Of a stretch of DNA of 64,000 nucleotides, positions 27,690-40,592 are shown piece after piece. The notes beneath the pieces are model-generated. The model saw only the letters and a list, made by a program, of their open reading frames with translations. It ran no database searches and was not told where the DNA came from. The stretch's first letter is position 1. Every line of letters begins with the position of its first letter. The translations under genes were made by a program, and so were the position numbers. The DNA comes from Mobula hypostoma (taxonomy: Eukaryota): contig NC_086108.1 of the NCBI RefSeq assembly GCF_963921235.1, positions 5,456,001 to 5,520,000 of the forward strand, in the 5' to 3' direction.

Positions 27690-28277
27690 AAATACTTAAG
27701 AAACGTATGTATTTCAATAATTAAACCACTGCGTTGCTTAGTAATAATTGTAGCTTTCATCGGGGCAGGGCCTTTCACATGCTCCAACATTCTCACTTTA
27801 TCCTTTAAAATTGTTCTGGTCATTGACCGACTGTAGCCTAACACTTTCCAACGACCGGTGGCATTTCACCTCTTTCCGATCGCTTTATTATTTCCACTTT
27901 ATTTTCAATCGTGATCGTTCTCTGTCAACAGAACAGAAACGCTGCGGATTCAGCAGCAGCCGCGGGCAGCAGATCCTGAGCTCCCCCGGGTCCTAAAGTC
28001 CACCCGCACTGAGACAGGTTCAATGGGACAAGTGGGGGGCGGTGCTGACTGGAAAAGGGGGGAGGGGTCAGGGTGAATCTTGCTAAGAAAAATTTCAGCC
28101 AAATACAAAGTTACACACTCAACACAGTGTTAACAACAACGTGATCCGACTTAAAATGGCGGACAGCGTTCTTCTTCCTTGAGCCGACGTATTTTTAATA
28201 TAATAAGCTTTATAGCAGGCCGTTCGTAAGTACCAGTTGTTCGTAAGTCGGACGTTCATAATTTAGGGAATAACTGT
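27690..28277 (-). mobile_element. Tigger-like transposon 5' fragment
   Basis: LGYSRSMTRTILKDKVRMLEHVKGPAPMKATIITKQRSGLIIEI (HTH_psq/CENP-B N-terminus); terminal cagttattccct with gttcgtaag subterminal repeats. Confidence 0.75.
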
Positions 28278-30368
28278 TTATCAAAGAACATAAAGGTCAC
28301 CATATGCAACCCTGAGATTCATTTTCACAGTCAAAACAAGACACATACAATACAAAGAGAATCAATGAAAGACCACCCCAACAAGACAAACAAGCAGTGT
28401 GCAAAAGAGAACAAACTGTGCAAATATAAAAGAAATAAAACTAACAATAAATAAGCAATAAATACCAAGAACATCATAATACTAAACTATTTTGCAGTTC
28501 CAAGTCTTGAGCCAATATACAGTCAAACTCCACGTTACAATAGCTTAAGGTTAAAGTTGTACAAATTTAACAGTAAAATATATCTCTGAAAGCTGCTATC
28601 CAACGAAAGTTTTAAGAAAAGTCATAAAATTGTCAATGTTGGAAATCTGAAATAAAAAAATCTGTTAGAGGTGAAGCAGTGTCTGCAAACGGATAAATAT
28701 GAATACAGTCAATTTTTCACATCAATCACCTTTCATCAGAGTTAAGAATAGTTCGAAAACAAGCATGTTTTAAGTGGCAGGGAAGCAGGAGGGATGACTA
28801 TATACATGTATATTTTGCTGATATTCTGTGCACGCCTGCTGTCGTATGTGTGCGGGGACTAGGCCTCAAGCCTGGGAGAGGCATTGCAGCCACTACGCTC
28901 CACCAACCACCCCAACCCACCCCGCCCTGCCCCACCCCCCCGTGTTTGGCAGAAAACAAGCTATGTTGTGGTCAACTGAAGATTTCAATGGACTATGTGC
29001 ATATAAATTTTGCACAGTTGCATTTTGCTGGTATCCTGTATGTGCTTGTTGCCTTGTGTGTAGGTGTGTGATGCCCAGGAGGGGCATCGGAGCTCATGTG
29101 CTTCACTGGGGGTGGTGTGGCGCAGCTGAATCCCCACCCCCCACCCCCCGGTGTTTGCTCAGCGGGGTACAAGTTTTATTACAGTTGACTGCAGATTGAT
29201 GGCGTGAGTTTTGGACTCTTATTTCGTGATTGTGATACCATTTGTGTTGGCTATCTTGTGTGTGCTTGGTGCTGTGTGTAACTGTTGGTACTGTGTTTTG
29301 CACCTTGATCCTGGAGTAACACTGTTTCATTTGGCTGCATTCCTGAATATGCTTGAGTGACAAATAAGCTTGAATTGAAAAGGTTATCCAACTTGTGACA
29401 TGAATCTCTCTCCACAGATGCTTCCTGCCCTCTTGGGTATTCTGGGGAGGCACAGCAATGTAATAGTTAACGTAACACTATTACAGTGTCAGAGACTAAT
29501 TGCTATTGTGAGGAGCTTGTACATTTTCCCCATGACCGTGTAGGTTTCCTCTGGATCCTCTGATTTCCTCCCACATTCCAAAGACGCACTGGTAAATTAA
29601 TTGGTCACATGGGTATAACTGGGCAAAGTACACTCGTTTGGCTGAATGGACCCATTATGTGCTGTAGCTCTAAATCAGAAAATATGTCCACTGTTCTTTT
29701 ATTTCAGCTTTACAGCATCTGAGATGTTCAGTATCTCACTATCACCAGTATCACCACTATTCCCTCCCCTGTCGTCATGCATCCTCTTGTCTTTAAATCT
29801 CCTGCAGATTGCGCCAGGTAATGTCATAGTTAGCGCGATGGAGTTCAAAGCTCAAATCTGGCGACGTCTAAGAAAGTTTGTACATTTCTTCCCGTGTGTG
29901 CATGGGTTTTCTCCGGGTACTTCAATCTCATTCCACAGTCCAAAGACCGACCGGTCAGCAAGTTAATTGGTCACTGTAAATTAGGCGAGATTAAACAGGT
30001 GTGTTGCTGGGCAGCACGGTTCAAAGGGCTCGAAGGGCCTATTTCACGGTGGATGGATAGATGGATAGAGAGGTCATCTGCCATGAACAAGCCTTTATCA
30101 TTCCTCTCTTAGGTGGCACAATCAGCATCTGTATCATTCAGTTTCTCCGTGTGCACTTTATCTGAATCACCACCTCTTCTCCCAACTTATAATATGTTAC
30201 TCTGGGTTTCTAAAATCTCGTGTTTATGACTGTTTTCATAACAGTTCCTAGTTCTAATGAGAGGTCATTAACCTGAAATAGTAACTCTTGTTTCGCTCTC
30301 TTCACCTTCACTGCCTGAACTGGTGTATTATTAGAACAATTTTCCCCACTGCATTTGTGTCTACTTAC

Positions 30369-30450
30369 GTGAGCCCGTTGTTCTTTTCAATTCAAACTGT
30401 ACGTTTCCAGGAGAGGGGTTTATCGACTCTGTAGCCATCTTAGCAAGTTC
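30369..30450 (-). CDS. C19orf47: C19orf47 orthologue, coding exon
   Basis: cttcttttag|GAA...TCAC|gtaagt; 82 nt, phase 0 to 1. Encodes ELAKMATESINPSPGNVQFELKRTTGS, collinear with human DMCKAATESVPCSPSPLAGEIRRGTS; phases fit both neighbours. Confidence 0.88.
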
Positions 30451-30477
30451 CTAAAAGAAGATATAGAGTAAGATGAG

Positions 30478-30725
30478 AGGTGGAGGACATGATGCAAGCC
30501 TATACAGGTGGGGTGTAGATGTTTTGCTGGCTGTTCACTCTGCAGAACCTACTCTCCTTGGCATTATGGGGGCTGTTCCATCGGGATCATCACAGAGGCT
30601 GCTGAGCGAGCCTCCAGATGGCTATGGATCAAGAGGTATGACCTGTGGACCAATGCTGCTGGGACCCAAATGGGGCAGAATCAACCCCGGCTGGTTCACC
30701 TGGGTGAGAGTATCTGATGTTTATG
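30478..30725 (+). mobile_element. HERO-clade (RLE-type) non-LTR retrotransposon 3' fragment
   Basis: GWRT*CKPIQVGCRCFAGCSLCRTYS...TEAAERASRWLWIKR, the PxEVGCRGF...EAAERASRWLW C-terminal endonuclease signature. Confidence 0.7.
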
Positions 30726-31186
30726 AACCCCTTTCTGGGCATCTCTGGAAATACGGCTGGTTGGCCTTTCGCCAGCAGCCACTGGATTCTGTGGCGATAA
30801 ACCGGCCTTTCTCCGGGCTTCCTACATCTAAGGTGTATACAACGTTGGTCTCGCCAAATCCGTGAGATTGGGATGACTCGCCCATCCAATCCCCGGTTTG
30901 TGTGAATGCTGTGTGATTTACTGCCCTGCAATAGCCAGTCAGCATAAAATAACAGATTACACACTGCAACAATTACGAGCAGTATATTTGTGAACATTAA
31001 CTGAGCCAAAGAGCTAGTAAAGAAAGAAGAAAGGGCCCATTATTATTAATCAGTCAAATGGGCACAGGCTGGAGCTCAAATCTTCCAAAGGCCATATTCA
31101 CTGTCTCATTGGGCGGTATTCATGAGTACTCTTGTATAGTTGAACGACAATTGAACTTGAACTGAATTAATATTTTAAACTTAGAA

Positions 31187-32585
31187 AATGGTTGGGTTGA
31201 GCTGTTCTCTGATCTTGGCAATCCACTTGCAAATGTTTTGTCACCATGACAGTAGACATCATCAGTGCTGTTTACTTTTGGTGTGTCCTCCAAATGCTTG
31301 GCGTTTATAAACTTATCTATCAGTTGACTGGTTGCCTTGGAATTCCTAGAAGCATGGTTTTCCACAAACAATTCTATAAACAGAAATGTAGCACTCGATC
31401 CCATTTATAAGCCAACGTGGGCAAAATTCCAAACGATGCACAACAGTTCACCACGCAACCAATCAGCAACGAGACCCCTCTCCCTACGCCACAAATGATT
31501 TTCTGTAATAGAAACATAGAAACATAGAAAATAGGTGCAGGAGTAGGGCATTCGGCCCTTCGAGCCTGCACCGCCATTTATTATGATCATGGCTGATCAT
31601 CCAACTCAGAACCCAGCCTTCCCTCCATACCCCCTGACCCCTGTAGCCACAAGGGCCATATCTAACTCCCTCTTAAACATAGCCAATGAACTGGCCTCAA
31701 CAGTTTGCTGTGGCAGAGAATTCCACAGATTCACCACTCTCTGTGTGAAGAAGTTTTTCCTAACCTCGGTCCTAAAAGGCTTCCCCTCTATCCTCAAACT
31801 GTGACCCCTCGTTCTGGACCTCCCCAACATCGGGAACAATCTTCCCGCATCTAGCCTGTCCAATCCCTTTAGGATCTTATACGTTTCAATCAGATCCCCC
31901 CTCAATCTTCTAAATTCCAACGAGTACAAGCCCAGTTCATCCAGTCTTTCTTCATATGAAAGACCTGCCATCCCAGGAATCAATCTGGTGAACCTTCTTT
32001 GTACTCCCTCTATGGCAAAGATGTCTTTCTTCAGATTAGGGGACCAAAACTGCACACAATACTCCAGGTGTGGTCTCACCAAGGCCTTGTACAACTGCAG
32101 TAGTACCTCCCTGCACCTGTACTCGAATCCTCTCGCTATAAATGCCAGCATACCATTCGCCTTTTTCACCGCCTGCTGTACCTGCATGCCCACTTTCAAT
32201 GACTGGTGTATAATGACACCCAGGTCTCGTTGCACCTCCCCTTTTCCTAATCGGCCACCATTCAGATAATAATCTGTTTTCCTATTTTTGCCACCAAAGT
32301 GGATAACTTCACATTTATCCACATTAAATTGCATCTGCCATGAGTTTGCCCACTCACCCAACCTATCCAAGTCACCCTGCATCCTCTTAGCATCCTCCTC
32401 ACTGCTAACACTGCCACCCAGCTTCGTGTCATCCAATCAGCCAAATGATAAGTATATAAAGGCCAAGCTTTCAGAGGACACGCTACAAGTAAACAGTGCA
32501 CTGATGACGTCTCCTCGTATGGCGATGAAATGATTGCAAATGGATTGCCAAGATTGGAGAACAACTCAACCCCACCATCAACCTC
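31187..32585 (+). mobile_element. Penelope-like element 3' end with inverted pLTR, interrupted by a CR1
   Basis: EFLEAWFSTNNSINRNVALDPIY (GIY-YIG C-terminus) at ~31340-31410; 31187-31336 is the inverted counterpart of 32433-32580; degenerate CTGATGA...GAAA cores in both arms. Confidence 0.75.
31508..32432 (-). mobile_element. Young CR1 LINE 3' end
   Basis: Intact 276-aa ORF from DDTKLGG to GYGGKAGF*, with tandem tail; about 99% identical to 18924-19664. Confidence 0.93.
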
Positions 32586-33611
32586 CCGAGCTGCATATTT
32601 TCCGAATTATTTCCAATTAGAAAATGAGACAGTAAAATGTGAAAATAGTTGTGAGGGCTGAATATATTTTAAGACACTGTATAAAAATTAAATTGTATAA
32701 AAATTAGGTACATATAAGTTACCTCAGTCATTTATCCTAGAACCCATTTCCCCACATTACCATTAACTCCCCCGGATATTACCATCCTCATACACACCAC
32801 AGACAATTTTAGAGCCAAGTAACGAAACAACTGTTCGCCTTTGGAATGTAGGAGGGACCTAGGGAACCAAGCGAATGCTCTGTAGACACCTACTGCCCAT
32901 TACACCACTGAGGTTTAGGGCAGCAATGAAGGTCCTCCATCTCTGATGGTGCTCAGGGCTTCCTACATTGTGACAGTAGCTTCCTCTCAGTTTTCACTAC
33001 TGTCAGTCATGTAAGTCCCAGGTGGAGACTCAGGAATACTCTCACACTCAGATGTGGAAGGATTCTTCATTGCTGTTTCCCATAACAGTTTTGTTTTACC
33101 AGTTGGGGTTGTTAGCCCTGAGCTGAACCCCTGAACCTGGAGGACCGGTTGACCACTCTTAGTCTGACCTCTGCCCTTTGACCTGTTTGGTATGGGTGGC
33201 CCTACCAAGAGTCAAAGCATAAAGCCCTGACTCCAAACCAACATAGCTCTCCAGGTCATTGAGGCACACAAACCTCCAAATCACGACGAGGTCTATAGAT
33301 GCATCAAGGACATTAAAGAGACTCTTCAAAGGGCACCAGGTTGAAATAAAAATGGAGAGCTATGTGGGAGGGTTACCTTGATATTAGAGCAGGTAAAAAA
33401 GTTGGCACAATATTGCTATGTTCTAACATGGGAGAACATGCAACCTCTATAGAGGCAGTGCCAATCAGAATTAAACCGGGCTGCCGGAGCTCTGAGGCAG
33501 CAGTTCTTGTATCCGTAACCCTGTGCCAAATTCGATTGTTCAAACGGGTTTTCAGACAGTGCTTCTTGACAGAATATTCAGCAAAACCAAAAGCAGCATC
33601 CGCCATCAGGA

Positions 33612-34345
33612 TAGTCATAGTCATAGTCATACTTTATTGATCCTGGGGGAAATTGGTTTTCCTTACAGTTGCACCATAAATAAATAGTAATAAAACCATA
33701 AATAATTAAATAGTAACATGTAAATTATGCCAGGAAATAAGTCCAGGACTAGCCTATTGGCTCAGGGTGTCTGACCCTCCAAGGGAGGAGTTGTAAAGTT
33801 TGATGGTCACAGACAGGAATGACTTCCTATGACGCTCAGTGTTGCATCTCGGTGGAATGAGTCTCTGGCTGAATGTACTCCCGTGCCCACCCAGTACATT
33901 ATGTAGTGGATGGGAGACATTGTCCAAGATGGCATGCAACTTAGATAGCATCCTCTTTTCAGACACCACCGTGAGAGAGTCCAGTTCCATCCCCATAACA
34001 TCACTGGCCTTACGAATGAGTTTGTTGATTCCGTTGGTGTCTGTTACCCTCAGCCTGCTGCCCCAGCACACAACAGCAAATATGATCGCACTGGCTACCA
34101 CAGACTCGTAGAACATCCTCAGTATCGTCCGGCAGATGTTAAAGGACCTCAGTCTCCTCAGGAAATAGAGACAACTCTGACCCTTCTTGTAGACAGCCTC
34201 AGTGTTCTTTGACCAGTCCAGTTTATTGTCAATTCGTATCCCCAGGTATTTGTAATCCTCCACCATGTCTACACTGACCCCCTGGATGGAAACAGGGGTC
34301 ACCAGAGCCTTAGCTCTCCTCAGGTCTATCATCAACTCCTTAGTC
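33612..34345 (-). mobile_element. Rex1/Babar LINE 3' end (second subfamily)
   Basis: TKELMIDLRR...YKYLGIRIDNKLDWSKNT...FLRRLRSFNI...HPLH...; tail aataaag(tatgac)n. Confidence 0.82.
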
Positions 34346-36033
34346 ACACCACCACCACCCAGGACATGCTCTCTTCTCACTGCTGCCAAGAGAGAATGTG
34401 TAAGAGCCTCAGGACTTGCACCACCAGGTTCAGGAATAGTTACTATCCCTCAACCATCAGGCTCTTAAACCAAAGGGGATAACTTCACTCAACTTCATTT
34501 GGCCCATCATTGAAATATTCCCACAACCAATGGACTCACTTTCAAGGATTCTTCCTTTTATGTATGCACACAGAAAAAAAATCTCAGGGTTGTATGTGGT
34601 GACGTGTATGTACTCTGTTAATAAATTGTATTTTGAACTTTTTCTCATCTCATGTTCTCGATATTAAATCCTTATTTATTATTCTTTCTTTCTTTTTTGT
34701 ATTTGCAGAGTTTGTTGTCTTCTGCACTCTGCTTGAACGCCCTAGTTGGGTGATCTTTCATTGACTCTACTATAGTTATTATTCTACACATTTGTTCAGT
34801 ATGCCTGCAAGAAAATGAATCTCAGGGTTGTAAGGTAATATACATGTACTTTGATAATAAAATTAACCTTGAACTTTGATTGAAAAGCAAATTGCTTTCA
34901 AAGTCACGGTCAGCTATCCACTCCCGTCGGTAAGCAACTCACCATACGATGGAACTTTGTACTGTGTGATGGAACCACTGAAACCTGTTTCAGTGCACAG
35001 GTCTCCTTAAACATTCAAGCTGTCCTACACAATGGAGGATTGCGGTTTACCAAAGGTGGGAAATTCCAAATCATCCACCACTGCAGTCAAGACAGGCTGA
35101 TGGTCCTATTCTACTTGTACACAATATATGTTAGAGGTGTACAAGATGATAAGAGTACACAGTCAGATTTTTTCCTTGGGGTGGAAATGACCTATACAAG
35201 GGGGCATATCAACACTGGCACACCACAAGAGTGTGTGCTTAGCCTGCAGCCCTACTCACTCTACACCCATGACTGCGTGGCTATGTATGGGTCAAATGCT
35301 ATCTATAAATTTGCTGATCATACAACCATTGCCAGTAGACTCTCGGAAAGAGATGAGAGGGAGTACAGGAGCGAGATATACCTGCCAGTTGAGTGATGTC
35401 ACAGCAACAACCGTGCACTCAAGGTCAGTAAGACAAAAGTGCTGATTGTGGACTTCAGGAAGGGTAAGACGAGGGAACACAAACCAGTCCTTCTAGAGGG
35501 ATCAGAAGTGAAGAGTGTGCAATTTCAAGTTCCAGGGTGTCAAGATATCTGAGGGTCTAACCTGGTCCCAACATATCGAAGCAGCTATAAAGGAGGCAAG
35601 ATAGTGGCTATACTACATTAGGAGTTTGAGGAGATTTGGTTTGTCACCTAAAACACCAGAAAACTAGATGAATGGTGGAGAGCATTTGGGGAGGCTACTG
35701 CACAGAACCGAAAGCTAGAGAAAGTTGTAAAATTAATCATCTTGATTACTAGGCTCCGTAGTACCCAAGGCATCTTCAAGGAGTGGTGACTCAGAAAGGC
35801 ACATCCATTATTAAGGACCCCCATCATCCAGGACATGTTCTCTTCTCACTGTTACCATCAGAAAGAATGTCCAGAAGCCTGAAGGCACACCCTCAACGAT
35901 TCAGAAACAGCTTCTTCCCCTCTGCTATACAACTCCTAAATGGATATTCAATCCACAAACACTAACTAATTTTTAAAAAATATATTATTTCTGTTTTGCA
36001 CTATTTTTCATCTAACTATTTAATATACATATA

Positions 36034-37416
36034 CAGTACCTATAAAAAGTATTCACCCCCTTGGATTTTTTCCATGCTTTATTGTTTGACTACATTGAAT
36101 CACAGTGGACTTAATTTGGTTTTTCTCAGACTGATCAACAGAATAAGACTTTCGTGTCAAAGTGAAAACAGATCTCTACAAAGTGACCTAAATTACAATT
36201 ATAAAATACAAAATAATTGATTGCATAAGTATTCACCACCCCCTTTAATATGATACACTAAATTATCACTCTTGCAGAGTCACATAATTAATTAAATGGA
36301 GATCTTGGTTTTTTTGGAGACCCATGTACAGTCATGGCGTTTCAATCGATTGTAGTAAAAATACACCTGTATCTGGAAGGTCCAACTGCTGGTGAGTCAG
36401 TATCCTAGCAAAAGCTACACCATCAATCCAAGCAACTTCATGAAAAGGTTATGAAAAATACAAGTCAGAAAATGGATTCAAGAAAATTTCCAAGTCACTG
36501 ATCAAGAAATGGAAAGAATATCGCACAGCTGCAAATCTGCCTGGAACAGACCATCCTCAAAAAAGTGAGTGACCATAAGAACGGGACTAGTGAAGTGGGT
36601 GGGGGGAGGGGGGGGCTCTGGAGGAGTTACAAGCTTCAGTGACTGAGAAGGGAGAGTCTGCACCCACAACAGTCGCTGCCTGGGTGCTTCACCAGTCGCT
36701 GCTTTGTGGGAGTATCAAAGGGAAAGCCACTATTGAAAAAAATTCACATGAAATCTCAGCTAGAATTTGTCAGAAGTCACATGGGAGACGCTGAAGTCAG
36801 CTGGAAGAAGTTTCTATGGTCTGATGAAACCAAAACTGAGCTTTTTGGCTATCAGACCAAACACCACACATCATCCCTACCGTGAAGCAGGGTGATGGCT
36901 GCATCATTCTGTGGGGATGCTTCACTGGAGCAGGCCCTGGAAGGCTTGTGAAGATAGAGAGTAAAATGAATGAAGCAAAATACAGGGATATCCTGGAGGC
37001 AAACCTGTTGCAGTCTGCAAGGGAACTGCAACTTGGGAGATTTGTTTTCCAGCAAGACGATGATCCCAAACATTAATGGCTTAAAAACAGCAAAGTTAAT
37101 GCCCTGAAGTGGCCAAGTCAGAGTCTGGACCTCAATCCAATTGAGAACTTGTGGGTGGACTTGAAAAGGGTTGTTCACTCACCATCTATAGTACCTACAA
37201 AAAGTATCCATCCTTCTTGAAAGTTTTCATGTTTTATTGTTTTACAGCATTGAATCACAGTGGATTTAAATTTGGCTTTTTTCACACTGATCAACAGAAA
37301 AAGACTCTTTTGTGACAAAGTGATCTAAATTAATTTCATATATAAAACAAAATTATTGATTGCATAGGTATTCACCCTGTTCAAGTGAGAATTTAATAGA
37401 TGCACCTTTGGCAGCA
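36034..37416 (+). mobile_element. Passport-like Tc1 (degenerate) followed by an oppositely oriented right end of the same family from ~37188
   Basis: TA|cagtacctataaaaagtattcacccc [47 protein letters not shown]; second TIR in direct orientation at ~37188. Confidence 0.8.
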
Positions 37417-38121
37417 GGATTCAGAGAAGTTTCACGAGAATTATTCCAGGAATGAAAGTGTTACCATATGAGGAACGTCTGGCAGCTCTTGGGCTGTATT
37501 CCCTGGAGTTCAGAAGAATGAAAGGGAATCTCACAAACATTCCAAATATTACAAAGCTTGAACAGATTAGATATGGCAAAGTTATTTCCCATGGTAGGGG
37601 AGTCTAGGACTAGAGGGCACAACTTCAGTATTGAAAGATGTCCATTTAGAACAGAGATGTAGATAAATTACTTTAGTCAAAGGGTGGTAAACCTGGAGGC
37701 CAAGTCATTGGGTGTACTTAAAGCAGAGATAGGTAGGTTCTTGATAGCCAGAGCATCAAAGGATATGGGGAGAAGGCAGGGGAGTGGGGATGACTGGAAG
37801 AATTGGATCAGCCCATGATAGAATGGTGGAGTAGACTCGATGGGCCAAATGGCCTACTTTTGCTCCTATATCTTATGGTCTTAAGTTCATAGTAAATTTA
37901 TTATCAGAGTGTACGTTACTATATACTACCTTGTGATTCATTTTCTTGCAGGCATTTACAGGAAAATAAATACAATCGAATTTTATGAAAACATTCTAAG
38001 ACCAACAAACACCATGTGCAAAAGCCAAACTGTACAAATAAAAAAAAATACTGAGAACAAGAGTTGCAGAGTCCTTGAAAGTGAGTCTGTAGGTTGTGGA
38101 ATCAGTTCAGAATTGAGGTAA

Positions 38122-38361
38122 GTGAAGTTATCCACACTGGTTCAGGAGCCTGATGGTTGTGGGGTAATAACTGCTCCTGAACCTGGTGGTGTGGGACCGA
38201 AGGCTCATTGTGGTGAGTGAAGTTATCCACACTGGTTCAGGAGCCTGATGGTTATGGGGTAATAACTGTTCCTGAACCTGGTGGTGTGGGACCTGAGGCT
38301 CATTGTGGTGAGTGAAGTTATCCACACTGGTTCAGGAGCCTGATGGTTGTGGGGTAATAAC
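38122..38361. repeat. 95-bp tandem repeat (~2.5 copies) of a Rex-type LINE 3' segment
   Basis: Unit gtgaagttatccacactggttcaggagcctgatgg... starts at 38122, 38217 and 38312. Confidence 0.9.
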
Positions 38362-39610
38362 ACCAAGTGTGCAATCTGTTTCACATCTGCCCACATAATG
38401 CTGCGTTTTTCAATGTTATCAGGCAAAGTGCTGAATGCTGTTTATAAATGTTGTGAAAGCGACTGGGATGACCAATCTGAGTGATCCATTTCACTACTTA
38501 AGGTGGGTGGGACTGGGAAAAATACCTCAAGCCCCAACTAACTGGTTCATCCAAAAATAACCTGCTGTTGCCCGTCACGTCATTTTTCTCTGAAATTAAT
38601 TTAGAGCAGTTAACTCAGCTGCAAAGGTCGGAAATCTATTCTCAGAATCTATCACGTGTTGTATATCTGGGCCATCACAGTTGGATTTCTGGATCTGGCT
38701 AAGGTTTGCTTGGAACAATAAACCCTGGAAGCATGTGCATGTGGAGGAACTCTGCAATGCTGCAGTTTCGTTATTTCATGTGTGTGTTTAATAATTGCTT
38801 TGTCTTCACATTTTAATTGAGCTAAATATGGCGCTAGAGGGCGACTTCTTCCAGTGCATTTGCAAAACAGTTAAAATTATTCTTTTTAACGTCTCTTTCT
38901 TGTCTTTTCAAGGTAGCTGGGGTGCTGTCGGAGTCTGTGACCTACATCTGCGCGCAAACTGCGGTTCTTCATGGTGGCAGATTCTCGCTCTCTGAGCTCG
39001 CCAAGAGGTCTAGAGTTTTCAATACCTCCAGGAGCAGCCTGGAAGATGTGTGCCTTTAGAGTACGGCACTGTGGCTTGTGGACGACCTGGTTCTTCACCG
39101 GTATTACCAACTGAAGTGTCACAGGACGTTGGAACATCAAGACAGCAGTGTATGCTGTTGTCAGAATAAGCAACGCTGCAGACTGTAACATCAAAACAGC
39201 CAGCTGTTGGCCTCCCCTCTTGCTGTGGCAAGAGTGATACCTCTCTCCCTTGTGAGTGAGAGAGAGTGCAACCGTGGGATGTCAGAGTGTTGGGATCATC
39301 ATTTTTTTTTTGTTGGACCATAGCTCAAGGTCTCTTTGGAGGATTGGCAGGTGGTGGTGGGGAGGGGCTGATGTTTTTGCTGAGGCAGTTGGGGGGAGGG
39401 TTGATGCTTTGCTACTGCTTGTGTGAGGGAACTTTGGGGTTCTAACATTTTTCTGTCATTCATTCGCTGGGGTTTTCTGTTTCGTGAATGTCTGTGAAGA
39501 GTAAGAATTTCATGCTGTATACAGTATACATTCTCTAATATTAAATGGAACCACTGAACCGTTATTTGTAAGGTATAATATTATTGCAATCACTTGATAT
39601 TCTCCCAAGG

Positions 39611-39674
39611 CAGGGGTTCCCAACCTTTTTTATGCCATGGACCAATACCATTAGCAAGGGTTTGGCAACCCCTG
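39611..39674. mobile_element. Tiny hAT (Charlie-type) MITE
   Basis: TIRs caggggttcccaa / ttggcaacccctg; shares internal ttttatgccatggacc with 44619-44698. Confidence 0.7.
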
Positions 39675-40477
39675 TCCTGGTTGGGGCTTTCGGTTGTTCA
39701 CTCTCTCCTTTCACAGCTGCCGCTTGGTCTCTGCAGTACAGAGGAGGTCGCTCTCATGTAGTGCAGTACCTCCTTGAACAGATTTCCTCCAGGTGTACCT
39801 ATTGAGCGCAATTTCTTACCAGTTTTTAGAAAGAGAAAAGTGAAAAGCAGCTGGAATGCTGACAAAGTAGAGCACTATTGATTATAGCATTGATTATTGG
39901 TATGAATGAAGAGTATAAGAGGGAGATTACAGTCCCAACAGAATCATATTAATATCTTCCATTTTACTAAAGGCCAACATAGTGCCAGAACGCACAGTCA
40001 TTAATTTGAAAGTTCAAAGTAAATTTTACTGTTAATGTACATATAGGTCACCATATACAACCCTGAGATCCTTTTTCATGTGGACATATCAGCAAATCTA
40101 TAGAATATCAACTATAACAGGATTAATGAAAGATCAACCAGCGTGCAGAAGACAATAAACTGTGTACATAAATAAATAGCAAGAACATGAGATAAAGAGT
40201 CCTTAAAGTGAGATCATTGATTGTGGGAACATCTCAGTAGATGGGCAAGTGAGTGTCATTATCCCCTTTTGTTCAAGAGCCTGATGGTTGAGGGGTAGGA
40301 ACTGTTCTTGAACCTGATGGTGGCTCTTGTACCTGGCAGCAGTGAGAAAACAGCATGGCCTGGGTGATGGGAATCTAGGCTTTGCTCCAAAATGCTTCCT
40401 TGCCTACAGAGGCCTCCCATTTTTGGCATTTAGTTTCGGAGCCATGTGATAAAGAAAGCAGCTCTAGCAGCACGTAC

Positions 40478-40592
40478 CTGCTTGTAAACCACTTTGGCAT
40501 GTTTTAGAATGGCAATAATATCCCCGACAGCCGTGATGCCCAGTTCATTCATGATGTCTTTGGTGAGGTCCATGAGCATGTTCTTCTGAATC
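40478..40592 (-). CDS. C19orf47: C19orf47 orthologue, coding exon (SAM-like domain, C-terminal half)
   Basis: ttacacag|G...CAG|gtacgt; 115 nt, phase 2 to 0. Encodes IQKNMLMDLTKDIMNELGITAVGDIIAILKHAKVVYKQ, matching recalled human IQKSMLLDLNKEIMNELGVTVVGDIIAILKHAKVVHRQ. Confidence 0.93.

Noticed and set aside
29745..29810. Candidate for the exon between 40478 and 23177
   Set aside because: Stop codon in the required phase; the true exon was found at 30369-30450.
39717..39793. Plus-strand exon-like segment encoding HVVQYLLEQ (ankyrin-like)
   Set aside because: Only a short resemblance, no TPLH motif, a weak donor and no partner exons.
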